Source: Clostridiales bacterium
GTDB lineage: Bacteria; Bacillota; Clostridia; Oscillospirales; CAG-272
Assembly (NCBI GenBank): GCA_022791685.1
Contig: JAAVZO010000042.1
Location: forward strand, 13,479-77,478
Direction: 5' to 3'
DNA: 64,000 bases
In this document: piece by piece, positions 26,238-34,833 of the stretch
How positions within the stretch are numbered: the first letter of the stretch is position 1
How the letters are laid out: the number at the start of each line of letters is the position of its first letter
The notes under the pieces: generated by a model
What the model was told of the DNA's origin: nothing
The model's input: the letters and a program-made list of their open reading frames with translations, nothing else
The model's database searches: none
Made by a program: the position numbers and the translations under genes

Positions 26238-29204
26238 TTAATTGTCGTTGTTCTTGTTAGCTTCTCTGTCAGCGAGAGTCTCACCGAGCTCGAGAGTATC
26301 AAGACCAAATTCCTTACGTTTTCTCGTGATTTCCTTATTGATATCATCAACATATCCGAGAAGCTCCTCAACAGGATCCTTATTGTCGTTATACGCGCTG
26401 AGGAAAGCGAACTGTACATAACGAGTGATAATGTATCCGCCGGGCATTTCAGGAATTGCAGCGAGGTTGTTGTACTGCGCCATAATATTTTCAAGGTCAG
26501 TTGTCGACCATGGCAGCGACTGGAGCGCTTCCTTGTTAGCAGTAGCATACATAGCGCCCTGACCAACGATAGCGACCATTTCATTAGCGTAAGTCGACTG
26601 GGTGTCAGCCGAAGTATACCAATCCATGAATCTCCATGCGTTCTGCTGGTTCTTACAACCGTTCATCATGATCATAGTAGTCAGAGTCGAAATAGAAGTA
26701 TTATTGATCTTTCCATTTTCATCTTCCATACCAATGATCGGTACGAATTCCCAAAGGTCACGAATTTCGGTTGCGAAAATCGAGAGCTGGTTGTACATTG
26801 CAACGTAGTCAGCAAGCATGATCGGCATTTCACCAGTTCTGAAACGGTTTGCCGCATCATAAGTTACCGGGAACGAATACTGAGTAAAGTACGAGCAAAG
26901 TGTGTCGAATGCCTCAAGAGCTAAGTTAGAATCGAAATTGATTCTCATACCATTGTCGGCATACTGTTCACCGCCCATCTGGTAAAGGAACATCTGATAA
27001 CCAGCAAGCTCCTTCGGGATACCAACGATCATGTTGTTGTACTGGAGATACGGTACTATCGACATGAGGTCGTCCCAAGTCTTAGGAATATCAACTTCAA
27101 GCTCAGCGAAAACGTCCTTGCGGTAGAACATCATGTTGAAGGTCTGTGTTTCAGGCAGACCATAAGTGGTACCATAAAGTGTTACAGGAACCATCGCAGC
27201 TGAAGAGAAGCGCGAGGTTACTTCATCAAATGTATCGAAATCGTTCAGCGGGATTACAGCGTTACGGATCGCATACTCGACCGGTATACCCTGTGCATTA
27301 CTAAGCGCGATGTCAGGACCTGTTCCAGAAAGAGTTGCCGGAAGCAGTGTTCCTGCTGCAACGAGCTTCAGATTTACACCGATGTTTGTCTTAGAAGTAA
27401 ACTCATTATCTACCATTGAACGAATAACCAGCGCCTGGTCACGTCCAGTAGGAGTCCAAACTTCAATTGTATCTTCCTTCTCAAGCTTGATCGTCGCACC
27501 GAGGTTCGAGTAATCAGTAAAGAAGGACATAATGAATGAACCGATCTCAAAGAATGCTGCTTCAAAGAAATTAGCCTCAGCCTTTGGAAGCTTTTCGTTA
27601 GCCGGCTGAATTGCTATGTAGTCGAAATATACCGGCTGGCTTCTTACGTTGTTCAGCCAAGTACCGAGCGTACCGATATAGCTCTTAAGTGTATCCATGC
27701 TCTTTGCGACTTCATCCTCGTCTGTAGCCATGTTTCTGAGGACACGCGCGATATTATCGAGCTGTGCAACGTTACTACCCTTCTGACCGTTTATTTCGGT
27801 AAGAAGCTCTGAAATAGCAGTAAGCTCGAGGTACTGAGCATAGAGGTCTTTAATGGTATCCGGAATAAGATTTCTAAAGTTATAGTCACGATAATCGTCA
27901 GGGTCAGCACCGGTGATCTGAAGTATCTTCAGGTAATCGGCGTTGATAGCGGTCAGTGTATCCTGAACGCGTCCGATAATCTCGCTCATTCCGCCAAGAA
28001 CTACTTCGAACTGGATTGTATATTCTTTTCCTTCTTCAAAGTAAAACTGGAATGTGTTTGTACCATCATTGAGCGCCTTAGTCTGCCAGTTATCCGAGAA
28101 ATCAAACTGGAGATAGTTAGCTTCTTCAAACGGGATCTCGCCGTTTATACGAATACGGCGCGAAGTGTACATACCAGAGAGGTCAGCCTGCTTATAGCGC
28201 GGTACGATCTCATAGAGACCTGACTTTTCAACAGTAAATGAATACTCTACCCACTGACCAACTGTCTGCCACTTAGTACTTCCGAGCGCGTTCAGCTTGG
28301 AGAGCGATGTGCTCTGCGGCTGAGTAAGTGCCGAAGTTCTGTCGTTAGACGGATAAATAGTACTATCCGATGTAGCATCTGGGTACTCAGCCTGAATAAT
28401 TACCTGATTAGCTCCAGTAGCCGGCTGATATCCTTTAGCCGCATAATCAGCCTGAACTTCTTCCCACGTAGGAAGATCCTCGTAAGGATAGAGCGTGATC
28501 GACTTGATCACAAGCGATTCACGAGCAGATTCAAGCGATATTGTATGCTTTCCGGCTTCAAATACGATCTGGTACGGATCAATGTCATAGCCTGTGGAGT
28601 CGCTTACAGTGTAGGTTCTCCACTCACCAGAAATCTCCTTCTGAGGCTTAATATCGTTTCCGTTTATATCTGTTTTAAAAGCGGGATTTCCGTTTTCATC
28701 TGTCAGATACTGATCGCGCCACACTTTTGTAATTGCAAGATATCTTGCGCCTTTGAACGGATACTCGCCGTCTACGCGAAGCTTACGTTCAATTGCGGTC
28801 GATTTTCCGTCAATCGGGAATGAGTACTCGATATCTACCGCATATTTTCCGGTCGATGGAATATCAACATCCCATACTACAGTACCGGTCGCTGGGGTCA
28901 AGAGCGCATCGCCAGTAGAACCGTTATAGTTCTTGACGACCTCAACCTTAGCGGTGGTCTGTTCAGCATTGTAATTTGCTGCATCTATCTTTATTGACGA
29001 TCTGCCCTTAGGTACATTTGCATTACGAATCGCATAATCGGAATAGCTTTCCGCGTTGAGAAGGTCGCGAACATCAGCGATATTATAGCTGACAGTAGAC
29101 GAATTCTCATCATCGGCTGCATATGTACCGACCGCAAGGGACGATCCGAGCATCATAAATGATAGAAAACCAGCAATTAACCTTGTTAAATTGGTTTTTT
29201 TCAT
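26238..29204 (-). CDS. Giant extracellular solute-binding protein with two N-terminal CBM-like modules (988 aa)
   Basis: Signal peptide MKKTNLTRLIAGFLSFMMLGSSLAVGTYA. Two beta-sandwich CBM6/35-like segments (...STGKYAVDIEYSF...RKLRVDGE... and ...KSGLYEIVPRYKQ...RRIRINGE...). The C-terminal ~450 aa are SBP-like. AGGAGG RBS. It is the first gene of the operon. Confidence 0.7.
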   Translation of the reverse strand: MKKTNLTRLIAGFLSFMMLGSSLAVGTYAADDENSSTVSYNIADVRDLLNAESYSDYAIRNANVPKGRSSIKIDAANYNAEQTTAKVEVVKNYNGSTGDALLTPATGTVVWDVDIPSTGKYAVDIEYSFPIDGKSTAIERKLRVDGEYPFKGARYLAITKVWRDQYLTDENGNPAFKTDINGNDIKPQKEISGEWRTYTVSDSTGYDIDPYQIVFEAGKHTISLESARESLVIKSITLYPYEDLPTWEEVQADYAAKGYQPATGANQVIIQAEYPDATSDSTIYPSNDRTSALTQPQSTSLSKLNALGSTKWQTVGQWVEYSFTVEKSGLYEIVPRYKQADLSGMYTSRRIRINGEIPFEEANYLQFDFSDNWQTKALNDGTNTFQFYFEEGKEYTIQFEVVLGGMSEIIGRVQDTLTAINADYLKILQITGADPDDYRDYNFRNLIPDTIKDLYAQYLELTAISELLTEINGQKGSNVAQLDNIARVLRNMATDEDEVAKSMDTLKSYIGTLGTWLNNVRSQPVYFDYIAIQPANEKLPKAEANFFEAAFFEIGSFIMSFFTDYSNLGATIKLEKEDTIEVWTPTGRDQALVIRSMVDNEFTSKTNIGVNLKLVAAGTLLPATLSGTGPDIALSNAQGIPVEYAIRNAVIPLNDFDTFDEVTSRFSSAAMVPVTLYGTTYGLPETQTFNMMFYRKDVFAELEVDIPKTWDDLMSIVPYLQYNNMIVGIPKELAGYQMFLYQMGGEQYADNGMRINFDSNLALEAFDTLCSYFTQYSFPVTYDAANRFRTGEMPIMLADYVAMYNQLSIFATEIRDLWEFVPIIGMEDENGKINNTSISTLTTMIMMNGCKNQQNAWRFMDWYTSADTQSTYANEMVAIVGQGAMYATANKEALQSLPWSTTDLENIMAQYNNLAAIPEMPGGYIITRYVQFAFLSAYNDNKDPVEELLGYVDDINKEITRKRKEFGLDTLELGETLADREANKNNDN

Positions 29205-29430
29205 TAACCTTTCCTCCTGCCAAGAATTTTACTTTGAAGGGAACATTGTAGCTTTTGCAGCTCCATTCCAGTGATCTTAACAAATCCATCAAAGCAAGCG
29301 TGGCATAATATGCAGACGGATCCAAACGATCTCTGGACAAAGCAATGAGCCAATCCTACAAGCAGACATAACTGAGCGTCGGACACCATATGCACAGTAT
29401 TGCCCTACTTGAAGATTATTTCATACAAAT

Positions 29431-29459
29431 ATAATATCATAACAGCGGCCAAAAGTCAA
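29431..29459 (-). promoter_or_regulatory. Sigma-70-type promoter of the seven-gene ABC operon
   Basis: On the minus strand: TTGACT (29454-29459), 17-nt spacer, TATTAT (29431-29436). It predicts a ~220-nt leader before the ATG at 29204. Confidence 0.5.
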
Positions 29460-29943
29460 TAGCGGGCTTTTTATAGAAAGTTCAGGTCAGGACTTCAAAA
29501 AGGGTTCATTTAGTCGTCACTTAGCCGTTCAAAATTTCAATTACACTTTAGTTCGCTTCACTGTAAACATTTTACAATGTGTAATTTGTGTGGTAGTAAT
29601 TTTAAATTACCTATATTCCAGTCGTTTTCACCTGAAAATATCGAATATTTGCAATAAATAGATTTATATTTTCACTATATGTAATTTTTATTTACTCACT
29701 TTTTCAATGCTTTCATTTGTGACATTGCTACATAAACACGTCTATCTTTTGTAACACTTGCACAAATTTTGTGATGAATTTTCTACACCTATACAAAATG
29801 CACAAATTCATCGCAATTTCACAACTTTTTACCTGTTTTTGGAATAATAAGCTAATATTGTATGTATTTATGCACTCATCATTACTTAAAGGATATCATT
29901 TGTAAACAAGCCCAAATGATTATTACGACAATGTAACAATATG

Positions 29944-29976
29944 CAAAACAGCACCGCTTTATTGCAGTGCTGTTCA
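29944..29976 (-). terminator. Terminator downstream of iscU
   Basis: Stem aacagcac / gtgctgtt (29947-29954 / 29967-29974). On the minus strand it is followed by TTTTGC. Confidence 0.6.
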
Positions 29977-29988
29977 TATATTCACTTA

Positions 29989-30420
29989 TTAGTGCTTCTT
30001 CTGACAGGTCGCGCAGTGTCCATCACAGTTCTCCATGATGTCGTGCTTAATACCCTTCTTGTCATAGTAGTTCGCAATAGCAGCCTTTACAGCTTCCTCT
30101 GCAAGTACCGAGCAGTGAATCTTCTGAGGCGGCAGTCCATCAAGAGCTTCTATAACTGCCTTATTTGTAAGCTTGAGCGCCTCATCAACAGTCTTACCTT
30201 TAATAAGCTCGGTAGCCATAGACGAAGTAGCTATCGCTGCACCACATCCAAATGTCTTGAACTTTACATCTTCAATTACATTATCATCATTTATCTTCAA
30301 GTACATCTTCATGATGTCACCGCAGACTGCATTGCCGACCTCGCCGACTGCATCTGCATTTTCAATTTCACCTACATTACGCGGATTAGCGAAATGATCC
30401 ATTACTTTCTCGCTGTACAT
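29989..30420 (-). CDS. iscU: Fe-S cluster assembly scaffold protein (NifU/IscU type)
   Basis: Three conserved Cys contexts are present: GNAVCGD, FKTFGCGAAIA and PPQKIHCSVLA. Confidence 0.9.
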   Translation of the reverse strand: MYSEKVMDHFANPRNVGEIENADAVGEVGNAVCGDIMKMYLKINDDNVIEDVKFKTFGCGAAIATSSMATELIKGKTVDEALKLTNKAVIEALDGLPPQKIHCSVLAEEAVKAAIANYYDKKGIKHDIMENCDGHCATCQKKH

Positions 30421-30439
30421 TATATTTATTCCTCCAATA

Positions 30440-31633
30440 TTATTTTACGTTATTTTTCAAATATTCCTCGTAGAGTGGGCTCATCTCGCGCAGACGCTGA
30501 ACAATGCCCGGCAACTTTTCGAGAATATAGTCGACATCCTCATCAGTATTTTGACGGCTGATCGACAGACGAAGTGAACCATGTGCAAGCTCTACCGGCA
30601 CACCGATCGAAATAAGCACGTGCGACGGTTCGAGTGAAGTCGACGAGCAAGCGGAACCGGTCGAAGCACAGATACCAGCCATATCGAGCAGCAGCAGCAG
30701 ACTCTCGCCTTCGATAAACTCGAACGATATATTCACGTTGCCAACGAGACGGGTTGTCCGCGAGCCGTTCAAACGCGAGTGCGGAATTGAGGTAAGGATA
30801 CCGTCAATCAGACGATCACGCATTTTTTCGACACGTTTATTCTCATCCATGCCATTTACCGCAACTTCAAGCGCCTTTGCAAGTCCTACGATATATGCAA
30901 CATTCTCCGTACCGCCGCGCTTGCCGCGCTCCTGACCACCGCCGTCGACAAGATTCAGTATTCTGACACCAGTCTTGATATACAGCGCACCGATTCCCTT
31001 CGGGGTATGGATCTTATGTCCGGAAAGGCTGAGCATATCAACTCCAAGCTCAGCTACATTTATCGGAACATTTCCGACTGCCTGTACTGCGTCAGTAAAT
31101 ACGAGCGTCTTCGGATTTTTCGCTTTTACTGCTGCCGCGATTTCCTTTATAGGCTCAATAGTTCCGACTTCATTGTTCGCAAACATAACTTCAACAAGCG
31201 TAGTATCATCGCGCATAGCGTTTACAACAGCTTCAGGAGTTACAAGTCCGTCGCTGTCAACATCAAGATATGTTACCTCAAAGCCTTCCTTTTCAAGTGC
31301 TTCAAGCGAATGCAGAACTGCGTGGTGCTCGATTTTAGTCGAAATTATATGCTTTCCGCGATTCTGGTTTGCGTGAGCCGCGCCCTTTATTGCCCAGTTA
31401 TCGGCTTCCGAGCCACTGGCTGTAAAATATATCTCATTCGGCTTTGCAGCTCCAAGCAGCGATGCGATTTTTTCGCGTGCTTCTGTGATAGCTGCCTTAG
31501 CCTCACGTCCCTTCTTATGAAGGCTCGACGGGTTGCCATAGCCATCCTTGAAATAAGGCATCATTGCCTCGAGAACTTCCGGCGAGGTTGATGTCGTTGC
31601 CGCATTGTCTGCGTAAACGAATCTTTCTTCCAT
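30440..31633 (-). CDS. nifS: Cysteine desulfurase (NifS/IscS type)
   Basis: PLP-lysine motif [12 protein letters not shown] and active-site STGSACSS. The start was set at [14 protein letters not shown] (ATG 31633), which has an AAGGAGA RBS. Confidence 0.9.
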   Translation of the reverse strand: MEERFVYADNAATTSTSPEVLEAMMPYFKDGYGNPSSLHKKGREAKAAITEAREKIASLLGAAKPNEIYFTASGSEADNWAIKGAAHANQNRGKHIISTKIEHHAVLHSLEALEKEGFEVTYLDVDSDGLVTPEAVVNAMRDDTTLVEVMFANNEVGTIEPIKEIAAAVKAKNPKTLVFTDAVQAVGNVPINVAELGVDMLSLSGHKIHTPKGIGALYIKTGVRILNLVDGGGQERGKRGGTENVAYIVGLAKALEVAVNGMDENKRVEKMRDRLIDGILTSIPHSRLNGSRTTRLVGNVNISFEFIEGESLLLLLDMAGICASTGSACSSTSLEPSHVLISIGVPVELAHGSLRLSISRQNTDEDVDYILEKLPGIVQRLREMSPLYEEYLKNNVK

Positions 31634-31791
31634 AATATATATGTCTCCTTGTATTTTAATCAATATATGCTTAATTAACTTTCGCGGTATTTAAAACATA
31701 CCATCAAATAACCGCATATCTATTGTATACCTTTTCGGTGCTTTTTTCAATAGCGCTGTTGAAATTTCACTGTAAACTTTTCGTGAATGAC

Positions 31792-32235
31792 CTATTTGCC
31801 GCGATAAAATTCTGCCTGAGCTACTGCAAGTTGGTCGCAGCGTTCATTATATGGATGTCCCGCGTGACCTTTGACCCACACAAGCTTCACCGTGTGAATC
31901 TCGAGCAGCTTCAGAAGCCGTTCCCACAGATCCGGATTAAGCGCCGGTGTCTTGTCCGACTTCACCCATCCGCGCTTCTGCCAACCGTACACCCATTTCT
32001 TCTCTATCGAATCTATCATATACTTCGAATCCGATGTAAGTGTCACATCGCATGGCTCTTTCAGCGCCGATAATGCACTTATCGCCGCCATTAGCTCCAT
32101 GCGGTTATTAGTAGTGCTTGGCTCACCGCCCGACAGCTCCTTCTCAACTGAGCCGTAAACGATAACTGCACCCCAGCCACCTGGACCGGGATTGTGTTTA
32201 CAAGCGCCATCAGTATATATGTCAACGTGCTTCAT
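31792..32235 (-). CDS. rnhA: Ribonuclease HI
   Basis: [23 protein letters not shown] and [18 protein letters not shown] motifs are present. The ~147 aa length fits. Confidence 0.9.
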   Translation of the reverse strand: MKHVDIYTDGACKHNPGPGGWGAVIVYGSVEKELSGGEPSTTNNRMELMAAISALSALKEPCDVTLTSDSKYMIDSIEKKWVYGWQKRGWVKSDKTPALNPDLWERLLKLLEIHTVKLVWVKGHAGHPYNERCDQLAVAQAEFYRGK

Positions 32236-32948
32236 CTATTTCCTTCCTTATTTATAGGCATTCCATTCTCGTCGTATTCGTCCATGAATATCTCACACTG
32301 TCCCGCTTTCATCAATTGAACGAAATCAGCCTCACACTTGATTCGCTCAGGCAGATAAACGCCGCCGAGCCGCGAACGCTTTCCAACGTGATTGTCCGAA
32401 CCAGCCGATCTCAGTAATCTATAGCTATCGGCATACCAATCGGCACGCGCATTTACTTCGTCTGTCATGCTTGAATTGATCACCTCGACCCCATCGACAT
32501 CACGCGGGATAAGGCGGATAAGCTCAATATATCCAGCCTCGCGGAATGGATGTGCATGAATCACGAGTGCGCCGTCGGCACGTGCCTTCGACATATAATC
32601 GCGCAGCTTCCATTCGAGCTGGTCAGGATTTGCAAGCAGCCATTCACGGTCAAGCCCGTAAATAAGGAAATCATTTCCGCCTATCGTATATTCCCATCCA
32701 AAAAATACATCAAGCCCGATCTTGTCTCCTTCAGCTTTAGCCGCAAGATATCCAGCTTCAAAGCGTTCGACGCGTTCCTTCCATTCAAGATCACGCGGCA
32801 CGATTGTATTGCCGTTGAAAAAATGGTCTGTTATAAATAGTCCAGTATATCCGAGCGACTTATAGAATCGCGCCAGCTCCGCGCCCGGGATTTTAGAGCA
32901 CTTGCTCGTTTCGCTTGTATGCGAATGGGTCTCATATTTATATCGCAT
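32232..32948 (-). CDS. PHP-domain metal-dependent phosphoesterase
   Basis: N-terminal [11 protein letters not shown] motif plus later FITDHF and HAHPF histidine clusters. It overlaps rnhA by 4 nt (ATGA). Confidence 0.7.
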   Translation of the reverse strand: MRYKYETHSHTSETSKCSKIPGAELARFYKSLGYTGLFITDHFFNGNTIVPRDLEWKERVERFEAGYLAAKAEGDKIGLDVFFGWEYTIGGNDFLIYGLDREWLLANPDQLEWKLRDYMSKARADGALVIHAHPFREAGYIELIRLIPRDVDGVEVINSSMTDEVNARADWYADSYRLLRSAGSDNHVGKRSRLGGVYLPERIKCEADFVQLMKAGQCEIFMDEYDENGMPINKEGNR

Positions 32949-33151
32949 TTTAGATTGCTCCTATGTTATTTAACTACATATTATAATTATACCACAATTC
33001 TAACATTATTTCCATACAATTATTAAATTAACGCTTGAAAACTTGCCCTGAAATATTATATAATATTTATGTAATTCGCCAACCTTTTATAAAAAATAAG
33101 CACTTAATATATGTAACGCCAAAAAGCGTAACAATAACGGAGGGAACCAAA

Positions 33152-34759
33152 ATGGAAAAAGAGCTGTGCGACAAACTCATATGCGAATACAACAAGAAGC
33201 TGTACGGCTTTGCGATATCTAAAACTAACTCCATCGAGCGCGCCGAGGAGCTGGCAGCAAGGATAACGCTTGAAGTTTATTCTTCCCTGTTAAAGCGTGA
33301 AAACATTATCAACGTCAAAGCATACATCTATCGCATTGCGCAGAATGTCTACGCGCACTTTACCGACGAGTACAAAAATTCTCAATACTGCGATATCGAC
33401 GACTTCGAGCTCGCCGACCCGGACGACTTCACAGAAAAGATAGCGCAGAGTGAAGAATACGCTCGCCTCAGGTGTGAGATAGCCTACCTATCAAAGCTGA
33501 GACGCGAGATACTCGTTCGCCATTATTATAATAATATGAAGCTTTCCGACATCGCAAAGTCGCTGTATATCCCACTTGGGACGGTCAAATGGCATTTGAG
33601 CGGTGCGAAAAGCTCACTCAAGGAGGGCATGAATATTATGCGAAATATTGGAAAATTAGGACTCGACCCAATCGAAATGTGTTCTCTTGGACACGATGGA
33701 AATCCCGGAGCTAAAGGAGACACTTCTGACTTTTTAGCAAAACGGCTGACTCAGAATATCGCATACGCGGCATATCAAAATCCACTCACCATCAACGAGA
33801 TTGCGGACGAGCTCGGTGTATCGCCGATATTCGTCGCAGATGAAGTCGAAACGCTTGAGGAATATGGTTTTATGGACCGTATAGGCGACAAATATCTGAC
33901 CAACATATTCATTCAAGACACGATAAGTGAGATAGAAGAAGGTATCCAAAAGCTAAATGTTGAATACAGCGCAAAGGTCGCGGATATGTATATTCCGCAG
34001 CTCATCGAATCGCTGAACGCATTCGACCGCTCAAAGGTGTACATTCCGAACAACGACAACAACCTTTGGCTGTGGGCTGGTATCATGTTCGCACTGAGCA
34101 ATAAGCTCAACTTCTGTATGCAGAATGATTCGCTCGACAAATTCCGCGTTAAGCGCAAGGATGGCGGCGATTACATCGCACATGCTTACATTAAACGCAA
34201 TTTAAATCTGAGCTATGACAGCTCAAAGTACAACAGCTGCGGAAGTATGAACCGCGGTTCGAACAAATACCCAATATTCTCGTGGCAGTACAACACAAAC
34301 TACGATTCGCGCGATATGTCATGGCGTGAGAATCTTTACACAGACTATGAATACTTGTACGAATTCTACACCGATATGTTAAAGAAAGAACCGTCGCAGA
34401 TCGAAAAATATCAGCGTATCCGCGACAAGGGCTACCTCACTGCCGACGATAAGGTAAATCTTATCTGTATTAAAGACACAAATGCGAAGTGGATAGAACA
34501 GGCAGAATTCGTGAAATCGCTCCCCGAAGCCGGAGAGGATATATGGGCACTGCTGAATGAGCTCGGCGATAAAACCTACAAACTCAAAGAGCCGACCTTC
34601 CCAGAACATATACGTCCACTCGCAAAGCTTTACTGCAAGCCAATGCTTGTTATGCACATAATCGAGCTGCTCGTAAATCGCGGAACTCTTTCACTTCCGA
34701 ATAAGGAAGCAAGCTACGGTCTGAATACCCTGCTCTTCTGCGACAAGCTGCCGGAATAA
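33152..34759 (+). CDS. Sigma-70-family (ECF-like) RNA polymerase sigma factor with a ~340-aa C-terminal extension (535 aa)
   Basis: The start was set at MEKELCDKL (ATG 33152, GGAGGG RBS). A region-2-like segment (AEELAARITLEVYSSL...YIYRIAQNVY) and region 4 (LSDIAKSLYIPLGTVKWHLSGAKSSLKEG) are present. These are followed by a soluble extension containing a wHTH-like LTINEIADELGVSPIFVADEVETLEEYGFMDRIGDKYLTN. It is a paralog of 49535-51124. Confidence 0.75.
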   Translation: MEKELCDKLICEYNKKLYGFAISKTNSIERAEELAARITLEVYSSLLKRENIINVKAYIYRIAQNVYAHFTDEYKNSQYCDIDDFELADPDDFTEKIAQSEEYARLRCEIAYLSKLRREILVRHYYNNMKLSDIAKSLYIPLGTVKWHLSGAKSSLKEGMNIMRNIGKLGLDPIEMCSLGHDGNPGAKGDTSDFLAKRLTQNIAYAAYQNPLTINEIADELGVSPIFVADEVETLEEYGFMDRIGDKYLTNIFIQDTISEIEEGIQKLNVEYSAKVADMYIPQLIESLNAFDRSKVYIPNNDNNLWLWAGIMFALSNKLNFCMQNDSLDKFRVKRKDGGDYIAHAYIKRNLNLSYDSSKYNSCGSMNRGSNKYPIFSWQYNTNYDSRDMSWRENLYTDYEYLYEFYTDMLKKEPSQIEKYQRIRDKGYLTADDKVNLICIKDTNAKWIEQAEFVKSLPEAGEDIWALLNELGDKTYKLKEPTFPEHIRPLAKLYCKPMLVMHIIELLVNRGTLSLPNKEASYGLNTLLFCDKLPE

Positions 34760-34787
34760 TTAAATCACAGCTCTGTTTAAAATCCAA

Positions 34788-34824
34788 CAGCCGCAAATCA
34801 AACGATTTGCGGCTGATTTTTGTT
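34788..34824. terminator. Bidirectional terminator between the sigma gene and purL
   Basis: Perfect 12-bp stem cagccgcaaatc / gatttgcggctg (34788-34799 / 34804-34815) followed by atttttgtt. Confidence 0.8.
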
Positions 34825-34833
34825 ATATTTTAT

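Noticed and set aside
29110-29395. Small minus-strand ORFs (76 aa at 29110-29340 and 63 aa at 29204-29395) in or over the SBP leader.
   Set aside because: They overlap the SBP start and its RBS in other frames, have no RBS of their own, and give implausible Cys/Leu-rich peptides.
29562-29576. Palindrome TGTAAACATTTTACA as a CcpA cre site.
   Set aside because: It is 15 nt rather than 14 nt and lacks the central CG of the cre consensus. It also lies more than 100 bp upstream of the predicted promoter. I kept it only as part of the general note on the non-coding region.
31664-31791. Intergenic region between rnhA and nifS as a possible IscR/Cys-type regulatory element or terminator.
   Set aside because: I found only weak, short hairpins and no clear palindrome or promoter consensus that I could defend.
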